Shown piece after piece: positions 50,601 through 58,622 of a stretch of DNA of 64,000 bases (position 1 is its first letter; each line of letters opens with the position of its first letter). The notes below the pieces were generated by a model that was not told the DNA's origin, did not search any database, and was given only the letters and a program-made list of their open reading frames with translations. The DNA is from Actinomycetes bacterium (GTDB lineage: Bacteria > Actinomycetota > Acidimicrobiia > Acidimicrobiales > JABEUL01), in NCBI GenBank assembly GCA_021852345.1, contig JAJZNL010000020.1, positions 3,144 to 67,143 on the forward strand, written 5' to 3'. The position numbers and the translations under genes were made by a program.

Positions 50601-51134
50601 TCGATAAAGGGAATAAAAGAGGTTCAAAAACCTAAGGTAAATATCGACATTCCAATTAAGGCCTATATATCTACGAGCTATATTGAACCTGAAGATGTGC
50701 GTTTGGAAGTCTATAAGAGACTTTCGTTGATGGATGAGGTTGCAGATAAGGAGGACTTTCAAAACGAGCTCAAGGATCGTTTTGGAGCAATGCCGAAGGA
50801 GTGCCTTAGCCTATTTGAATTGGTAGATTTAAAGATTTTTTGCCTAGACAAGTCGATTACTGAAATTTCAACTAAACGGAAGCCCAGCTTATACGGTTCG
50901 CCTACGGTCGAACTAAAGATAGCTCCCTTATCATTACTTCAGTCAAGACTGATCAGACTTACCAGGCACAAACTTAAATACAGATTTGAAGATAATGAAC
51001 TTTTTGTTGAGCTGAATAATCTTGACGTCTATCTGTGTAACTGGATTAAATCTGATTCATCCCTAACAGCAGATGCCACTGATTCCAGTTTGGCGCTCAA
51101 AATCGTGTTGCTTTTAAAATCACTACTTGATTAA
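47661..51134 (+). CDS. mfd: transcription-repair coupling factor
   Basis: 1157 aa. GDVGFGKTEVA, DEEQ box (VVDEEQKFGV) and QLRGRVGRSN. Confidence 0.95.
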   Translation: MWIDYVISRALDTPAIMGILQGDDEVAVNENAWAIFLLELAKVLPTKKIVAVLPTEKLADQIYYDLEILAGRSCETSELVPWETLPFERISPSASVMGKRLKALEMALSGKSNDKPKIVVSSLKAVSQKLPGDIKDARQLTIKLGDQMDPQQVIHYLVDSGYTRVVQVEAHGEFAVKGGILDIFVPNYEMGVRLDFYGDQVESVRLFDIDDQRSKQDVGQIEIVGCREFKITDAVKAKALELKAVYPKLFETLDRIIDGQYFSGFESWLPILCQERVLFDLLGEDSVVLYFDYEGCKNRSNLMIEEEKDIIESLGETWDLTMDAPLSLRAVFERLNLKCKSRIIKIYPFAPNHIIESFDARPINFSESIFEAIYDQIRNLLDKNFKVGIFATSEFSRDKITANLNAQNAKAVSVHEVSDFGDDISVVAANLEKSVIIDSQKLALISEFEITKKRTIHRPVRHRKKISTGFFDEMAVGSYVVHEIHGIARFAGMVKRSIDDVQRDYLLLEYKGNDRLYLPVEMMDYITPYSGGESPPLSKLGGADWAKTTGKVRAEIAKVAVELVELYKARSVATGIAFSVSDALLEEFVANTFSYVETADQKRAIEEVFTDMETSKPMDRLICGDVGFGKTEVAIRAIFKALNDSKQVAFLAPTTILANQHYKTLLDRFKSYPFRVELLSRFLTPKESESVIKDIKSGTVDVVVGTHKLLSEKINFKDLGLLVVDEEQKFGVSHKEKLKKLQVGVDVLTLSASPIPRTLEMSLTGIKEMSLITTPPVARQPILTFVGSYDQRAVSEAIRRELLREGQVFYVFNRVRGIQNKVLELQELVPQAKIGFAHGQMDENQLEQTILDFIDNKFDVLVCTTIIESGIDMPNVNTLIVERADLLGLGQMHQLRGRVGRSNRKAYAYLFYPQNRKLGDTAYERLKSISEQTDLGAGFRLAMRDLEIRGAGTLLGNSQSGHIAAVGYDLYVQMVSDAIKSIKGIKEVQKPKVNIDIPIKAYISTSYIEPEDVRLEVYKRLSLMDEVADKEDFQNELKDRFGAMPKECLSLFELVDLKIFCLDKSITEISTKRKPSLYGSPTVELKIAPLSLLQSRLIRLTRHKLKYRFEDNELFVELNNLDVYLCNWIKSDSSLTADATDSSLALKIVLLLKSLLD

Positions 51135-51345
51135 CGGCTTTGTATTAGTTTTCTTAATTGGTTTTGCAATCGGTTTACCGCTGTCGATATAATTTTGTTT
51201 ATAGTCTTTGACTACTTAGATTGTTTGGATATTCTGTGAGCGATTCAATTTCTATATAGCCATAAACAACTTGTAAAAATATGAGTCGATTATTACAGTT
51301 AAAGTAAAAATATCTCATTGACTGTTTAAATTAAGGATAAGAAAG

Positions 51346-52827
51346 ATGTCAGTTATAGCTGAAACCAATTGCGGCGATTATGAAGGGTATGAAAAAAACG
51401 GAACTGTTATTTTTAAGGGAATAAAGTATGCCCATGCTCCTAGATTTCTTCCGCCCGCAAAGATTGAAAAACATGACGGTTTGCATAAAGCCGACAAGTT
51501 CGGACAGGTATCTTACCAACCGACAGAAGCCATGGGAGGCTTACTTAGCGGTCCCGATCCTGACGTTGCTGAAGAATGCCTATTTCTAAATATCCATACA
51601 ATGGATTTAAACAACAAGGCTCGACCAGTTATGGTGTGGATTCATGGAGGTGGTTTTACGGGTGGTTCTGGTTCAACTCCGTGGTATAACGGTACAAAAT
51701 TCGTTGTAAATTCTGACGTGGTTATCGTGACCATTAACTATAGGTTGGGCGCTTTAGGATTTTTAAATCTTTCTGAATTTTTGGACGATAGATACCGATC
51801 TTCGGGATTGACGGGGATACTGGATCAAATCGCGGCTTTAAAGTGGATTCATGAAAATATAGCTGCATTTGGTGGAGATCCAAATAACGTTACAATATTT
51901 GGGGAGTCTGCAGGTGCCATGAGTATCGGAACGCTTTTGGCCATCCCCGAGGCTAGAAGGTACTTTCAAAAAGCGATATTACAAAGTGGAGCAACCAGGA
52001 ACTGCCTTACTCAACAAGAATCCAAAACTGTCACTGAGGCTTATCTTAATGTTTTGACGTTTGATTCGGCAGAACAACTTTTAGACTGCGATCCTAATAT
52101 TTTATTAAAAAAACAGACGGAGGTATCTGCCGAGTTATTGAGAAATAAGTCATTGGATCCTATCCATGTGGCAAAAACCGTCGCGTTGCCATTTCAACCG
52201 TCTATGGACGGAATCTATCTGACTAAAATCCCATCTGCTGCTATCAAAGACGGAGATGCAAAGGATATTCCTTTAATTGTGGGAACCAACAGTGATGAGT
52301 GGAACCTGTTTGCATTAATGGAAAAGGCGCCTAAAACCTTTGAAGAGATTGAGTTCAGGGCTAGGCAATTTAATAAACCAAATTTGGTTTCTAACTATAG
52401 AAATATTCACGGAAGTTTAAACGCAACAGAACTTTGGAATATGATAATGACCGATATTGTGTTTAGAAATATTGCTGTCGGTCTGTTAAATGACCAAACC
52501 GAGCATCAACCCAATTGCTATCAATACCTGTTTTCATGGAAATCCACCGCGTTCGACGGGGTTTTGGGAGCATGTCATGCATTGGAGATACCTTTTGTAT
52601 TTGACAATTTGCACGTTGCCGGTGCGAAATTTGTCACAGGAGAAAATCCTCCCGAAGAACTCGGAAGACTTATGAATAGACTGTGGTCAAATTTTGCACA
52701 TTTTGGCGATCCAAATAGTTCTGAATTAGATTTAACTTGGCCTAAATACAGTGCGGCAGACCCGAAGCTGTTAAATTTTAATATCGATGTGACGGTGGAA
52801 AAAACCGCACCTGTAGTGCGCGGATAA
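51346..52827 (+). CDS. type-B carboxylesterase (para-nitrobenzyl esterase-like)
   Basis: Oxyanion IHGGGF and nucleophile elbow GESAGA. 493 aa with no signal peptide. Confidence 0.85.
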   Translation: MSVIAETNCGDYEGYEKNGTVIFKGIKYAHAPRFLPPAKIEKHDGLHKADKFGQVSYQPTEAMGGLLSGPDPDVAEECLFLNIHTMDLNNKARPVMVWIHGGGFTGGSGSTPWYNGTKFVVNSDVVIVTINYRLGALGFLNLSEFLDDRYRSSGLTGILDQIAALKWIHENIAAFGGDPNNVTIFGESAGAMSIGTLLAIPEARRYFQKAILQSGATRNCLTQQESKTVTEAYLNVLTFDSAEQLLDCDPNILLKKQTEVSAELLRNKSLDPIHVAKTVALPFQPSMDGIYLTKIPSAAIKDGDAKDIPLIVGTNSDEWNLFALMEKAPKTFEEIEFRARQFNKPNLVSNYRNIHGSLNATELWNMIMTDIVFRNIAVGLLNDQTEHQPNCYQYLFSWKSTAFDGVLGACHALEIPFVFDNLHVAGAKFVTGENPPEELGRLMNRLWSNFAHFGDPNSSELDLTWPKYSAADPKLLNFNIDVTVEKTAPVVRG

Positions 52828-53165
52828 ATTATAATCTTAGATTTTTACACGTAGTTTTTTGCAATTTTTATTCGTAAGCAAACCCAACATTCAAGATAGG
52901 TTTAATTCACTGGCTTTTGACTGCTTCTATGATGACTCAAGTATTTCGAAAGTCAATTTTAGTAAAGTTATTGTCTCGTCGGTTGCCAGCTGTTTTTAAT
53001 CCGTCATGTAATAAACCCGTTTGGAATTTGTAATAAGCTGGATTAGACGGTTGTTTTGACTTAGTATCGTTTCGGATAAAATTAGCCGTTAGTTTCATGA
53101 TAACTTCGACTTTTAAGGTTAATTTCCTACTTTGAAGGTTTGTTTTGAAATATTAATTAAAGCAG

Positions 53166-54377
53166 TTGGGATTTTCTATGCATAAATTTAGGAATAAAAA
53201 GAAATATTTGTTTATTCTTGTGATGGCAGTTTTGGCATTGGTAATGTCAGCGTGTAATTTGTCTCCGGCCATTGCCACAATTTCGAATTCGGGAACATCG
53301 GTACAGGTGCCTCAAAGTCTTTTTAGTACTTTTATAACAGACTATTCTACCCTTCTCAAAAAAGAGGTTCAAATTTTAAACAACCCGTCAATGAAATCCT
53401 TGGTCAATCCAAGTAATGTAATAAATTTAGACGGCCAAAACGGAGTGGGCTGCATATTGCCTAATTCGTCGAATGTTCTTTCGAATACCACGATTCAAGG
53501 ATCAGGCACAGGTACTTTTAACTCCACGTTTATTTCCTGTAGCTTAACGCAGCTTATAGACGCAACATTTTTAACTGAAAAACTGGCCAAGTTAAAAATT
53601 TCTCTGACTAAATCTATGATCTCTTCTGAAGAATCGAACATTGAATCACAATTTAAATCCGCATTGGGTACTTCGGGGGTATTTAGCTCCCTGTCTCCAT
53701 TCTTTAAAAAAGAAATTGCCGAATACGTAGCTTCTCAACAACGTATATTTGGTGCTGTGCAAACAGTCATAGGTTTATATACGCCTAAGCAACTTATGAG
53801 TAAGTTTTCGTTGGAACTGTCTAATTTCTGTGTCAACGGATTTTATGTTCAAAATTCAACGGAGGCAAATGACGTAGTTAGCCTAATAAATTCTGGCAAA
53901 AGTATGTCGGCGTTTGCAAATCAGTTGGGTTTGTCGACGGGTTCAGGCAACCCGTTGCAAAGTGTCGGTTGTGGTTCGATGGTTAACGAATCGCAACTTG
54001 CGTATTCGGTGTTCCAGCTTCCGAGAATTTACAAAGGCGAAGCATTCGTGTTGTCGAGCCAGTCCACAACTGGTACGCCCGAGTATATTGTAGCTTCTGT
54101 TACGTCAATCAAGCCCGTTAAGTACACCTCAAAACTTAACTCGAATCTTAAAGCCATAGCTCCGTATATTGAGCAGAAACAAGCTCAGATAAGTTTACTT
54201 AACATAGAACAGACTTCAAAGATCTCCGTCGATCCAAAATATGGATCTTGGGTCTCGACTGGCGGTACGTCCTTTGGAGTGTGTCCCGTTAATGCCAAAG
54301 CGATTCCTTATGCCATAAATCAGACTGCGCTTGCACCCGGAAATACCGGCAATTTTATACCGCCTCCTAATTGTTAA
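53166..54377 (+). CDS. putative lipoprotein of unknown function
   Basis: N-terminal KKKYLFILVMAVLALVMSAC resembles a lipoprotein signal with a lipobox Cys. The start may be the ATG at 53178. No catalytic motif recognised. Confidence 0.5.
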   Translation: MGFSMHKFRNKKKYLFILVMAVLALVMSACNLSPAIATISNSGTSVQVPQSLFSTFITDYSTLLKKEVQILNNPSMKSLVNPSNVINLDGQNGVGCILPNSSNVLSNTTIQGSGTGTFNSTFISCSLTQLIDATFLTEKLAKLKISLTKSMISSEESNIESQFKSALGTSGVFSSLSPFFKKEIAEYVASQQRIFGAVQTVIGLYTPKQLMSKFSLELSNFCVNGFYVQNSTEANDVVSLINSGKSMSAFANQLGLSTGSGNPLQSVGCGSMVNESQLAYSVFQLPRIYKGEAFVLSSQSTTGTPEYIVASVTSIKPVKYTSKLNSNLKAIAPYIEQKQAQISLLNIEQTSKISVDPKYGSWVSTGGTSFGVCPVNAKAIPYAINQTALAPGNTGNFIPPPNC

Positions 54378-54543
54378 TTTGGGCTATCTGCTAACTAGCG
54401 TTTGCTGAATCTAAATTTGCTAAGTAGTTTGTAATTAAAAGTATAGGTAAGTTATTTTCTCCAGTTGACCTAGGGTTTGAAACTTATTTATAAAGAACCC
54501 CGAAGATAGTATCTTTATCAATATCATTAACTTAAGAAAAATC

Positions 54544-55905
54544 ATGATTTCAAAAGCACAGCCCTCAGTAAAGATAGTGGGTTTGGGGCCCGGTGACGAA
54601 AGATATCTTCTTGAGTCCACAAAAAAACTTTTGGATGATTCGCTTAAAAAAAATTGTCTGATTCTTCGAACCGGAAGACATCCAGCCGCAGTGACTTATG
54701 TAGACAACGGCGCGATCACTTTGGATTCGATATATGACATCTCCGACGACAGACAGGTTATCTATGGCAGCATTGCGGATTTTGTAGTAAAGTTTGCCAC
54801 GCAACACGGCGAAGCTGTCTATGCGGTGCCAGGCTCGCCTGCAGTCGGTGAAGACAGTGTGTCAATTTTGTTAAATCGAAAAAATGAAGTTAAAGTCGAG
54901 TTAGTTGTCGGTATGTCATTTTTGGATTTGTTATTTTTGAAACTTGGTTTAGACCCGATTGCCGGATCGGTTTCTATAATCGACGGCGAGCAGTTCGATA
55001 AATTCGGAGTGGATAAAAGCGGCCCTGTAGTAATCACTCAAACTTATAGTTCTCAGGTACTTTCCAAAATTAAGCTAACTGTGAGCGATGCTTTTGATTT
55101 GATGAATTTAGATGAAGTAACTGCTGTCGTTTTATACCATTTAGGTTTAGACGATGAGGCGGTCTTTGAAGTCGGGATTAACGATTTGGATAAAGAGAAT
55201 TTAACCGATAAGGCAGGAACTGTATCTGTAGTCGCAGATCACTTAACTTCTGTATATGTGGATTTACCAGTAACTTTGTTTAAGATGGTCGCCGATCTTA
55301 AAGAAACCGTAGCAGAGCTTAGACAAAAGTGCCCATGGGACAAGAAGCAGACGTTTGAATCTCTTACAAAACATGTTGTCGAAGAGTGCTATGAACTAGT
55401 AGATGCGGCTCGCAATGTGGAGATAACTCAAGACTATAACAATTTAGTTGAAGAGTTGGGCGACCTCCTATTTTTTGTATTTATATATTCGCAGATCGGC
55501 GAAGAACACGGTGCATTTAATTTAAATGATATTATTCTTGAGCTGAATGCAAAGTTAATAGCTAGGCACCCTCATGTTTTCAAAGAAACTAAAGACGTCA
55601 ATCTTAACCAATTTCTACATAATTGGGAGCTGGACAAGGTAAAAGAAAAGAACAGAGATTCAATTTTTGACGGCATTCCAACATCCTTGCCAGGGTTAAA
55701 TCTGCTGTCAAAAATACTAAAAAAATCCGCGGTATCCAACATAGACGTTGTGAAAAATATACCAGAGTCAGAACTGTCATCGACCGAAAAGATCTTGCTG
55801 GAATTAACGCAACATAATGATGATTTAGAATCAGTTGCAAGAGATCTGGCATTAAAAATTAAAGCTCTGGCTGTCATAACCGAACGCTCAAATAAACTAG
55901 CTTGA
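54544..55905 (+). CDS. mazG: YabN-type fusion: tetrapyrrole-methylase-like domain + MazG nucleoside-triphosphate pyrophosphohydrolase
   Basis: N-terminal VKIVGLGPGD. C-terminal MazG EExxE motifs (VVEECYELVDA, VEELGDLLFFV, RHPHVF). Confidence 0.85.
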   Translation: MISKAQPSVKIVGLGPGDERYLLESTKKLLDDSLKKNCLILRTGRHPAAVTYVDNGAITLDSIYDISDDRQVIYGSIADFVVKFATQHGEAVYAVPGSPAVGEDSVSILLNRKNEVKVELVVGMSFLDLLFLKLGLDPIAGSVSIIDGEQFDKFGVDKSGPVVITQTYSSQVLSKIKLTVSDAFDLMNLDEVTAVVLYHLGLDDEAVFEVGINDLDKENLTDKAGTVSVVADHLTSVYVDLPVTLFKMVADLKETVAELRQKCPWDKKQTFESLTKHVVEECYELVDAARNVEITQDYNNLVEELGDLLFFVFIYSQIGEEHGAFNLNDIILELNAKLIARHPHVFKETKDVNLNQFLHNWELDKVKEKNRDSIFDGIPTSLPGLNLLSKILKKSAVSNIDVVKNIPESELSSTEKILLELTQHNDDLESVARDLALKIKALAVITERSNKLA

Positions 55906-56144
55906 TCAAATTAAGTTTTAAAAATAGTGTTGTGAACAAATCTTGTCGGCAAAGCGATAAAACCCTTCATTCGACCGATTAGTCGTGGCTTATCTATGTT
56001 GATCTATTTCGTAGACAACGTTAATGGGTAAAAACGATCGCTAAGTATAAATCTTAAATGCACCTATAAATTTGTATTAAAGCGAACTAATTTACTTAAA
56101 TGTTTTTTGCAAAATCGCCTAAAACCCGCTTTTTTTCCTAATTT

Positions 56145-56191
56145 GGTGGTAGAAAATGGGGAATATGTTGCATATTGTGGGGAAATGTGGT
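56145..56191 (+). promoter_or_regulatory. phased TGG(G/T) direct repeats, candidate MraZ operator
   Basis: TGGT (56147), TGGG (56157), degenerate TTGC (56168), TGGG (56178) and TGGT (56188). The 10-11 bp phasing lies ~130 bp upstream of mraZ. Confidence 0.4.
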
Positions 56192-56320
56192 AAAACTGAT
56201 ATAGGACATTTTTTGAATAAGGCAATTTGATTTCATTTTGTGCATTTAATACGTTCGTTAATTGTAAAAAAGAGTTACGCAAATTAATTTGAGTAAACCA
56301 AACTTGGTAACGAATAATCT

Positions 56321-56728
56321 GTGAATACATTTTCAGGTGAGTACGAAAGAACCGTAGATAACAAGGGGAGAGTGGTACTCCCTCCTCCTATTCGTGAACT
56401 TATCGGCAAGAAGGGATATATATCTCAAGGCGATGACGGTTGTTTAGCACTTTGGACTCAAACTGAATTTGAATCGCAAGCACAGAAAAGATTAGAACTG
56501 GAATCAGAAGGCTCTCGCGAAGTTCGACTTAAAAACAGATTTTGGGCTGCCAGTGCCTTCCCGATAGATATTGATGCGCAGGGAAGGATTCAACTTCAAG
56601 GTAGGCATCGGACCTATGCCGGAATTGATTTCAACCAAGAAATAGTTGTTATTGGTGCAATGAACAGGGCAGAAATCTGGAATTCAGTCAAATTGCAGGT
56701 ACTTAGGAACTTATTGGAAAATGACTAG
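56321..56728 (+). CDS. mraZ: transcriptional regulator MraZ
   Basis: GTG start. Two DxxGR motifs (VDNKGRVVLP, IDAQGRIQLQ). First gene of the dcw cluster. Confidence 0.9.
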   Translation: MNTFSGEYERTVDNKGRVVLPPPIRELIGKKGYISQGDDGCLALWTQTEFESQAQKRLELESEGSREVRLKNRFWAASAFPIDIDAQGRIQLQGRHRTYAGIDFNQEIVVIGAMNRAEIWNSVKLQVLRNLLEND

Positions 56729-56743
56729 TGAATCAGATCGAAA

Positions 56744-56849
56744 CATACATAGCCCCTTAGCATATTCGATGGAAGTATCCTCTCCCGCCCACTTCCATCA
56801 ATTCTTCTTAAGGCTATCTGATGGTCCTAACGCTAAGGGGCTATGTATG
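56744..56849 (+). promoter_or_regulatory. structured RNA leader between mraZ and rsmH (candidate mraW-type cis-regulatory element)
   Basis: The 18-bp perfect helix pairs CATACATAGCCCCTTAGC (56744-56761) with GCTAAGGGGCTATGTATG (56832-56849). A nested 9-bp hairpin pairs GATGGAAGT with ACTTCCATC (56768-56799) around a C-rich 14-nt loop. The 3' arm contains AAGGGG and the ATG at 56847. Confidence 0.55.
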
Positions 56850-57977
56850 GTTCGAAATAATGACCAGGATAAAATAGACAGCCGAAAAAAAATCAGTGGT
56901 GAACCGGCAGCCCATAGTCCAGTATTGGCAAATGAGATTTTGAGTTTGGTTAATGTGCATCTTTCCGGTGAATTAACCAAGACATATGTAGATGGGACTT
57001 TAGGTTTGGCTGGACATGCAGGCGCATTATTAACGGAGTTGCCCAACTTCACATTGATAGGTTTGGACAAAGACGCACAAAGTATACCGATTGCAATCGA
57101 TCGGTTAAAAAATTTGGGCGTTTACGATCGTTGCACAATATATAACGATTCTTTTGACAATTTCGATTTATATGTCGGGGAGAAAGAGTCTACAGGTGTT
57201 GATTTTTTTCTTTTGGATTTAGGATTTTCATCTTATCAAATAGAAGATCAGATGAGGGGTTTCTCGTATCGGTTAAATTCAAAATTGGACATGCGGATGA
57301 ATTCACAACAAGGCATTTCGGCTTATGAAGTTGTAAATCGATTTAATCTTATGGATCTGTCAAACATTCTTAAAGTTTATGGCGACGAAAAATTTAGTCG
57401 CAAGATTGCGCAAGCGATATGTGACAACAGACCGATTGAGACTACATTTGAACTAAACCAAGTTATCAAAACCGCAATACCAGCAGCGACAAGACGAACT
57501 GGGGGCCACCCTTCTCAACGGACTTTTCAAGCGATTCGGATTTACGTGAATTCTGAGTTTGAGCAGCTATACAATGCCCTAAATAAGGGTTTGAGATACG
57601 TCGCCATCGGCGGATTGATTGCCGTATTGACCTACCATTCGGGCGAAGACAGACTAGTTAAAAATATATTCGATTTGGCGGTAAAAGGCAAGTGCAAGTG
57701 CCCAGACACAATTCAATGTGCTTGCGGAGCGGAAAAATTGTTTGAATTTCCCCTTGCTCGAAAAGGTTTGCGTCCCAGCCAAAACGAGTTAATCGAGAAT
57801 CCTCGCGCAAGGAGTGCCCACCTACGAGTCATAAAGAGAACGTCTCATGATAACGCCAATGACCTTAACGAGATTTACGAGTCTATCACAAGAGCTCTGC
57901 CCATTGGCCGATACGTATATCGTTTGCAGCATTCATCTATCGATATAACTCAGCAGGCTTTAAGAAAGGTTGATTAA
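56847..57977 (+). CDS. rsmH: 16S rRNA (cytosine1402-N4)-methyltransferase RsmH
   Basis: YVDGTLGLAGHA, DLGFSS and HSGEDR motifs. The track ORF begins at 56721, but its first 42 codons have no RsmH similarity and coincide with the RNA structure. ATG 56847 has an AAGGGG SD. Confidence 0.85.
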   Translation: MVRNNDQDKIDSRKKISGEPAAHSPVLANEILSLVNVHLSGELTKTYVDGTLGLAGHAGALLTELPNFTLIGLDKDAQSIPIAIDRLKNLGVYDRCTIYNDSFDNFDLYVGEKESTGVDFFLLDLGFSSYQIEDQMRGFSYRLNSKLDMRMNSQQGISAYEVVNRFNLMDLSNILKVYGDEKFSRKIAQAICDNRPIETTFELNQVIKTAIPAATRRTGGHPSQRTFQAIRIYVNSEFEQLYNALNKGLRYVAIGGLIAVLTYHSGEDRLVKNIFDLAVKGKCKCPDTIQCACGAEKLFEFPLARKGLRPSQNELIENPRARSAHLRVIKRTSHDNANDLNEIYESITRALPIGRYVYRLQHSSIDITQQALRKVD

Positions 57978-58584
57978 AAGTTTAGGTATGACCGCTAATA
58001 TTCAAAAATCCAGAAATTCGACAGTACTGAGACCTCAAGCTCGCGGACCTCAAGCTCGCGGACCTCAAGCTCGAGGTCAAGGCGGAAATCAAACAGCAAG
58101 ACGATCTTCTGTCGTAAACCCCAACCCTTCAGGCATTAAAGCGCCGGCGCGAACTCCGCGACTTGTAGTTCTCGAGGCCAAAAAAACGCGAAGAATTTTT
58201 ATTTTAAAAATTGTCGTCATAACACTTGCGGTTACCGCCGCAATCTTTTCGGTAGTTATTGCCGAAGGTGTCATTGCTCAAAGACAGCTCAAAATTGATT
58301 CTATAACCGGACAGATCGCAAACGAACAAATAATTCATCAGCAATTAAGTGCAAAGGTAGCCAAGCTTGAAGGTCCAACAAGAATTGAAAATTATGCGCA
58401 AAATAGATTGAATATGGTATCGCCCACAAACATAATTTACGTAAACCCAGCCATGCCTGCAAACCCGCAAGCCCTACAACCTTCGGCCAGTCGAACCCCA
58501 TCGTCGACCGCCTCACCTTCATCTCCAATAGGTAGCTCAAATTCGCAAACAGCCCCACAAACTAATAAGACTTCGGGAAAGTGA
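57970..58584 (+). CDS. ftsL: FtsL-like bitopic cell-division protein
   Basis: Lies between rsmH and ftsI. Basic N-terminus, single TM helix (IFILKIVVITLAVTAAIFSVVIA), coiled-coil and ...RIENYAQNRLNMVSP. Pro/Ser-rich tail. Alternative start at ATG 57988. Confidence 0.6.
   Translation: MIKSLGMTANIQKSRNSTVLRPQARGPQARGPQARGQGGNQTARRSSVVNPNPSGIKAPARTPRLVVLEAKKTRRIFILKIVVITLAVTAAIFSVVIAEGVIAQRQLKIDSITGQIANEQIIHQQLSAKVAKLEGPTRIENYAQNRLNMVSPTNIIYVNPAMPANPQALQPSASRTPSSTASPSSPIGSSNSQTAPQTNKTSGK
58031..58075 (+). repeat. 15-bp tandem repeat x3 (GACCTCAAGCTCGCG) inside the ftsL-like gene
   Basis: Read directly. The third copy has one mismatch. Encodes (PQARG)x3. Confidence 0.9.
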
Positions 58585-58622
58585 CATGTAGAGTTAACAG
58601 ATTGTATTTTAGGAATTCATAG

